From Chloroflexota bacterium (GTDB lineage Bacteria > Chloroflexota > Dormibacteria > CF-121): a stretch of DNA of 39,456 nucleotides. Both the position numbers and the translations under genes were made by a program. Under the pieces are notes generated by a model. The model searched no databases, was not told the origin of the DNA, and saw nothing but the letters and a program-made list of their open reading frames with translations. Positions 35,395 through 39,456 of the stretch are shown here, one piece after another; positions within the stretch are counted from its first letter, which is position 1; each line of letters starts with the position of its first letter. The stretch lies in assembly GCA_005881235.1 (NCBI GenBank), contig VBEQ01000207.1, forward strand, positions 1 through 39,456, in the 5' to 3' direction.

Positions 35395-37314
35395 ATGGAT
35401 CAGGTTTCCAGCACACCAGTTCTCGACCGGATCATGAGTCCGGCCGATCTTCGCTCTCTGAGCGATGCGGAGTTGCGCGCCCTGGCCGATGAAATCCGCC
35501 AGTTCCTGGTTGCGACCGTCTCCAAGACCGGTGGCCACCTCGGGCCCAACCTCGGCGTCGTCGAGCTGACCCTGGCGCTCCATCGGGTGTTCGAGAGCCC
35601 CAGGGATCGCATCCTCTGGGACACCGGCCACCAGGCGTACGTCCACAAGCTGCTGACGCGTCCCCGCGAGGGATTTGCGAGGCTGCGCAAGCTGGGCGGC
35701 ATGAGCGGCTATCCGAACCGCACCGAAAGCCAGCACGATTTCATTGAGAACAGCCATGCGTCGACCGGTCTCAGTTATGCCTCCGGGATGGCTGAGGCGA
35801 TGCGGCGGCAGGGCGATCCCGGACACGTGGTCGTGGTCGTTGGCGATGGCGCCTTGACGGGCGGGATGGCCTACGAGGCACTCAACAACATCGGTCATCG
35901 CAAGACGCCCGTGATCATCGTCGTCAACGACAACGGCCGCTCCTACGCTCCCACGGTCGGCGGCCTGGCGCAACACCTGGCGCAGCAGCTCACCGTCCTC
36001 AACCCGTCGTATCACCGGACGAAGAAGCGCGTTGATCGAATTCTCCGGGCGGTTCCTGCCGGCGACAAGGCGATCGAAGCCGTACGCCGGATCAAGGAAG
36101 GTCTCAAGGAACTCGTCTCGCCGCGCACCTTCTTCGAGTACCTCGGCATCAAATATTCCGGCCCGATCGACGGCCACAACATCGAGGACGTCGAGCGCAC
36201 GCTGCGCCAGGTCAGCCGCCTCGGTGGACCGTCGGTGGTGCACGTGATCACGACTAAAGGTCGTGGCTATGGGCCGGCCGAGGCCGACGAGATCGACCAT
36301 CTTCACGGCGTCAGTGCCTTCGACGTGCTGACGGCGAAACCTTTGAGCCGCAAGGTGTCGTATACGGATGTCTTCGGCGAGGCACTGCTGCGCGAGGCCG
36401 AGCAAGAGCCGCGACTGGTTGCAATCACCGCCGCCATGGGGAGCAGCGCCGGGTTGGGCCCCTTCGCTGAACGCTTTCCCGACCGGTTCTACGACGTCGG
36501 AATCGCGGAGCAGCACGCCGTCACATTTGCGGCCGGCCTAGCCATGGCAGGCCTGCGCCCGGTCGTCGTCATCTATTCGACCTTCCTGCAGCGCGCCCTC
36601 GACCAGGTGATGATGGATGTCTGCCTGCACAAGCTGCCGGTAACTTTCGTGTTGGATCGGGCCGGGATCACGGGGGATGATGGCCCTTCGCATCATGGAA
36701 TCTTCGACCTGACGTTCCTCCGCGCCATGCCGGGGCTGACCCTGGCGGCGGCGAGCGATCCGCAGGAGCTGCGCGATCTGCTTCATACGGCCATCGCGCG
36801 CGACGGCGCCGGCCCCTTTGCGATCCGTTTTCCCAAGGGCGCGGCCGGCGACAGCGAGGCGCAACCGGCTCGGATCCTCCCGGTCGGCGAGTGGGAGGTA
36901 CTGCGCCAGGGCAGCGCCGCGTTGCTGCTGGCGACCGGCAAGCTCGTCCCGGCCGCCCTCGAAGCGGCCACCATGCTCGACAAGGAGGGCCTGCCGCTGA
37001 CGGTGGTCAACGGTCGCTTCATCAAGCCGCTGGATCCGCGGCTCGAGAGCTGGGCGCGGCGCCACCCGGCGGTGCTGACGCTCGAGGACAACGTGGTCAC
37101 GGGCGGCTTCGGATCGGCGGTCGCCGAAGCGCTGGCGCCGCTCGGCATCCCGGTCACGGTGATGGCGGTCCCCGACAGCTTCATCGAACAGGGCGGACAG
37201 GCGGAGCTGCTCAAGCAGCTCGGGCTCGACGCACCAGGGGTCGCCTCGCGAGTCCGCCGCCTCGTGGGCGACAATGAATCGATGCCCGAGCCGGCAACGC
37301 AACCCGGTAGCTAG
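35395..37314 (+). CDS. dxs: 1-deoxy-D-xylulose-5-phosphate synthase
   Basis: Translation from the ATG at 35395 (MDQVSSTPVLDRIMSPADLRSL..GGHLGPNLGVVELTLALH..GDGALTGGMAYEALN..) matches full-length Dxs (639 aa). The part of ORF 34846..37314 upstream of 35395 overlaps the opposite-strand gene. Confidence 0.95.
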   Translation: MDQVSSTPVLDRIMSPADLRSLSDAELRALADEIRQFLVATVSKTGGHLGPNLGVVELTLALHRVFESPRDRILWDTGHQAYVHKLLTRPREGFARLRKLGGMSGYPNRTESQHDFIENSHASTGLSYASGMAEAMRRQGDPGHVVVVVGDGALTGGMAYEALNNIGHRKTPVIIVVNDNGRSYAPTVGGLAQHLAQQLTVLNPSYHRTKKRVDRILRAVPAGDKAIEAVRRIKEGLKELVSPRTFFEYLGIKYSGPIDGHNIEDVERTLRQVSRLGGPSVVHVITTKGRGYGPAEADEIDHLHGVSAFDVLTAKPLSRKVSYTDVFGEALLREAEQEPRLVAITAAMGSSAGLGPFAERFPDRFYDVGIAEQHAVTFAAGLAMAGLRPVVVIYSTFLQRALDQVMMDVCLHKLPVTFVLDRAGITGDDGPSHHGIFDLTFLRAMPGLTLAAASDPQELRDLLHTAIARDGAGPFAIRFPKGAAGDSEAQPARILPVGEWEVLRQGSAALLLATGKLVPAALEAATMLDKEGLPLTVVNGRFIKPLDPRLESWARRHPAVLTLEDNVVTGGFGSAVAEALAPLGIPVTVMAVPDSFIEQGGQAELLKQLGLDAPGVASRVRRLVGDNESMPEPATQPGS

Positions 37315-37324
37315 ACGGCAGCGC

Positions 37325-37858
37325 ATGGCCCCTGCTCCGGATCCTATCGCCGAGGCGGCGGCCTACCAGCGGCTTCTCCTTTCTCTCCTCGGCGATGACG
37401 ACCCTATCAACGTACAAGACGCCACGCCGGCCAAACTACATGCCCTTCTCGAGGAAGCCGGTCCGGACCTGCGCCGGCGGCCCGCGCCGAAGGAGTGGTC
37501 GGTGCTCGAACTGCTCGGTCACATGGTTGACGCCGAGATGGTCATGTCCGCGCGTTATCGATGGACGATCAGCCAGGACAAGCCACCACTGCCTGGTTAC
37601 GACCAGGACCTGTGGGTCAACCGTTTGCGTCACAACGAAGATGAGCCGGACGTGCTGTTGGGAACGTTCGCTGCTCTGCGCGGCGCCAACCTCGGGCTCT
37701 GGCAGCGATCGTCAGCGGTGCATCGCGAGCGGGTCGCGATGCACGCCGAGCGAGGACCAGAGAGCTACGACCTGATGTTCCGCATGCTTGCCGGGCACGA
37801 CCGCTTTCACCTCAACCAGATGCGCGAGACGCTTCAGCAGTTGCGTGCGGTGAGCTAA
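37325..37858 (+). CDS. DinB-family (DinB_2) metal-dependent protein
   Basis: Translation from the ATG at 37325 includes ..EWSVLELLGHMVDAE.. and ..GHDRFHLNQM.., the His-containing helices typical of the DinB fold. Confidence 0.82.
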   Translation: MAPAPDPIAEAAAYQRLLLSLLGDDDPINVQDATPAKLHALLEEAGPDLRRRPAPKEWSVLELLGHMVDAEMVMSARYRWTISQDKPPLPGYDQDLWVNRLRHNEDEPDVLLGTFAALRGANLGLWQRSSAVHRERVAMHAERGPESYDLMFRMLAGHDRFHLNQMRETLQQLRAVS

Positions 37859-39456
37859 GCCAGGCGCGACTCCGAGTCGGTGTCGGCTTCGGAGCCCACG
37901 ACATGAAGTCGCGGCGCGGCCGGTTCGGGTTCGCTCTGGATCGGCTCGCTTACGATCGGAGCCGTGACGACCAGCGGAAGAGTAAGCGCGAACGTGCTGC
38001 CGGAATGCGGGCGCGACTCGACGTGGATATCGCCACCATGCTGGCGGGCCAGCTCGCGAGAGAGGTAGAGGCCGAGGCCGGTGCCGCCGACCTGGCTGGT
38101 GTCCCGGTGCTCGATCCGCTCGAAGCGATTGAACAGGCGGGGCACCTCCTCGCGAGCGATGCCGACGCCGTCATCGACCACCCGAAGTATCGCAACCGCA
38201 TCCGCCGTCGAGACGATACAAAGCACCCGCCCGCCGTTAGGCGAGTACTTGATGGCGTTCTCGAGCAGATTGCTGATGATGGTCTTGATCCGGTCGGCGT
38301 CGCCCAAGACCGTGACCGGCACCGGGGGTGTTTCGAGCGTCAGCACATGATTGGGCCCGGCAAGGGGTCGAACCACCTGCATCGCATCGCCCGCGACGTC
38401 GCGTAGATCGATGCGGTCCCGCTTCAGTGCAAGCCGGCCGTCCTCCAGTCGCGCCGAATCGAGCATCTGCGCGACCAGCACGTTCAGCTCGGCGGTCTTG
38501 GCCTTCAAGACGTCCACGGCGCGCAACCCCGCCTCGTCGAGCTTGCCGAGCGAACCCTGCTCCAGCATTGACAGGTAGCCGTTGATCACGCCCAGCGGGC
38601 TGCGCAGCTCATGCGAGGCAAGGTTCAGAAACTGGGTCTTCGTCTTCTCCAGCGCCGCCAGCCGCTCCGTCACTCGGGCACGATCGAGCGCTGCGGTCAG
38701 GTTCGCAGCGTAGCCACGAAGCCGGCTCACCTCGTCGGTGCCGAAGAAGGGCGTGTAGGGCCCGGACACGATCACTATGGCGCCGGTGCCGAGGTCGAGC
38801 GGTAAGGGAACGACGATGGCGTCCTCACGGCTCGACCCCTGGGTGGCGAGCAAGCGCGGCCTGCCCTTGGGATCGCCCTGGGCCGCCAGGCGGTGCGCGA
38901 CCTCCCTGGGGAGGCCTCGCAATGCCAGGATCTCGCCGTTGGCATCGACGATGGCGATGCCATCGGCCCCGACCAGTCGGAGTCCCCACTCGGCGGCACG
39001 CCGCGCCAGGGTCGGCCGGTCCGGGCTGAACAGTACGAGGTCGTGCACCGCGTTGCGGTATTCATCCTCCTCTCGCTGGCGCCACAGACGGCGCAGCCAC
39101 CTGGGCGCGGCAAAGCTGACATAGAGCAAGGGCAGTGCGACGATCGCCACTCCCTCGAACAGCCACTGCACGCTGGGGTTGGTGGCAGCGGCCCCACCAA
39201 AACCGGCGACCAGGAGGATCAGGACGATCGCCCCGTACCCCCCGGCGATTGCCCGCAGGCGCGCGCGCTGAACCGCCGGGCGGTGCCGGGATGCCATCCA
39301 AAAACGGACGATCGGCTCGATGACGCAGGCGGACCAGACCACGACCAGGAGAGTGGTGGCCGCGGATTGCAGGGCGGTTGGCCGCTGCTGCGGATCCGAG
39401 GGTAGTGTCATGACGAGTGCAATCGCCGTCGCCACGACGGTGAGCACGAGGGCACC
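37855..39456 (-). CDS. Sensor histidine kinase (multi-TM N-terminus, GAF-like domain, HisKA, HATPase_c); 5' end may lie outside the window
   Basis: H-box LASHELRSPL, N-box ..NLLENAIKYSP.., G-boxes DDGVGI and GGTGLGL. The frame is open from the GTG at 39447 to the window edge. The 3' end overlaps the convergent DinB gene by 4 nt. Confidence 0.88.
   Translation of the reverse strand, partial: GALVLTVVATAIALVMTLPSDPQQRPTALQSAATTLLVVVWSACVIEPIVRFWMASRHRPAVQRARLRAIAGGYGAIVLILLVAGFGGAAATNPSVQWLFEGVAIVALPLLYVSFAAPRWLRRLWRQREEDEYRNAVHDLVLFSPDRPTLARRAAEWGLRLVGADGIAIVDANGEILALRGLPREVAHRLAAQGDPKGRPRLLATQGSSREDAIVVPLPLDLGTGAIVIVSGPYTPFFGTDEVSRLRGYAANLTAALDRARVTERLAALEKTKTQFLNLASHELRSPLGVINGYLSMLEQGSLGKLDEAGLRAVDVLKAKTAELNVLVAQMLDSARLEDGRLALKRDRIDLRDVAGDAMQVVRPLAGPNHVLTLETPPVPVTVLGDADRIKTIISNLLENAIKYSPNGGRVLCIVSTADAVAILRVVDDGVGIAREEVPRLFNRFERIEHRDTSQVGGTGLGLYLSRELARQHGGDIHVESRPHSGSTFALTLPLVVTAPIVSEPIQSEPEPAAPRLHVVGSEADTDSESRLA

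Overview
High-GC (roughly two-thirds G+C by eye), very gene-dense bacterial chromosomal segment. It holds about 40 protein-coding genes on both strands. Many have 1-4 nt start/stop overlaps, GTG/TTG starts are frequent, and several divergent pairs have almost no spacer. I recognised no rRNA, tRNA, CRISPR array, transposase or integrase. The gene content (F420-type LLM oxidoreductase, DinB, MoxR/DUF58 cluster, ScyD/ScyE-like propeller, STAND-type cyclase) fits an Actinomycetota/Chloroflexota-like lineage, but the taxon cannot be fixed from this window. Housekeeping genes: folP-folK, murE, rsmG, trxB, a NifS/IscS-type cysteine desulfurase, dxs and an acyl-CoA synthetase. Accessory or poorly understood parts: (1) an AhpD/carboxymuconolactone-decarboxylase-family gene whose reading frame is interrupted only by a TGA, exactly where the second Cys of the CxxCxxxH redox motif is expected. 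This is a candidate selenocysteine codon with a small downstream hairpin, and the gene is translationally coupled (TGATG) to a 1160-aa zinc-ribbon/class III cyclase/AAA/TPR STAND protein. (2) An ECF sigma factor coupled to a membrane protein with a long cytoplasmic N-terminus, a twin-arginine anchor and a Rieske 2Fe-2S domain, followed by a COG4315-type lipoprotein. (3) A membrane protein/DUF4129/DUF4350/MoxR/DUF58 cluster with a divergent SpoIIM-like/RDD pair, plus an inserted Ig-like/beta-propeller gene that looks frameshifted at a T4 run. (4) Two paralogous secreted SH3b proteins and an orphan RnfD/NqrB-like membrane protein. All functional calls come from reading the ORF translations and recalling family motifs. 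No database search was run.
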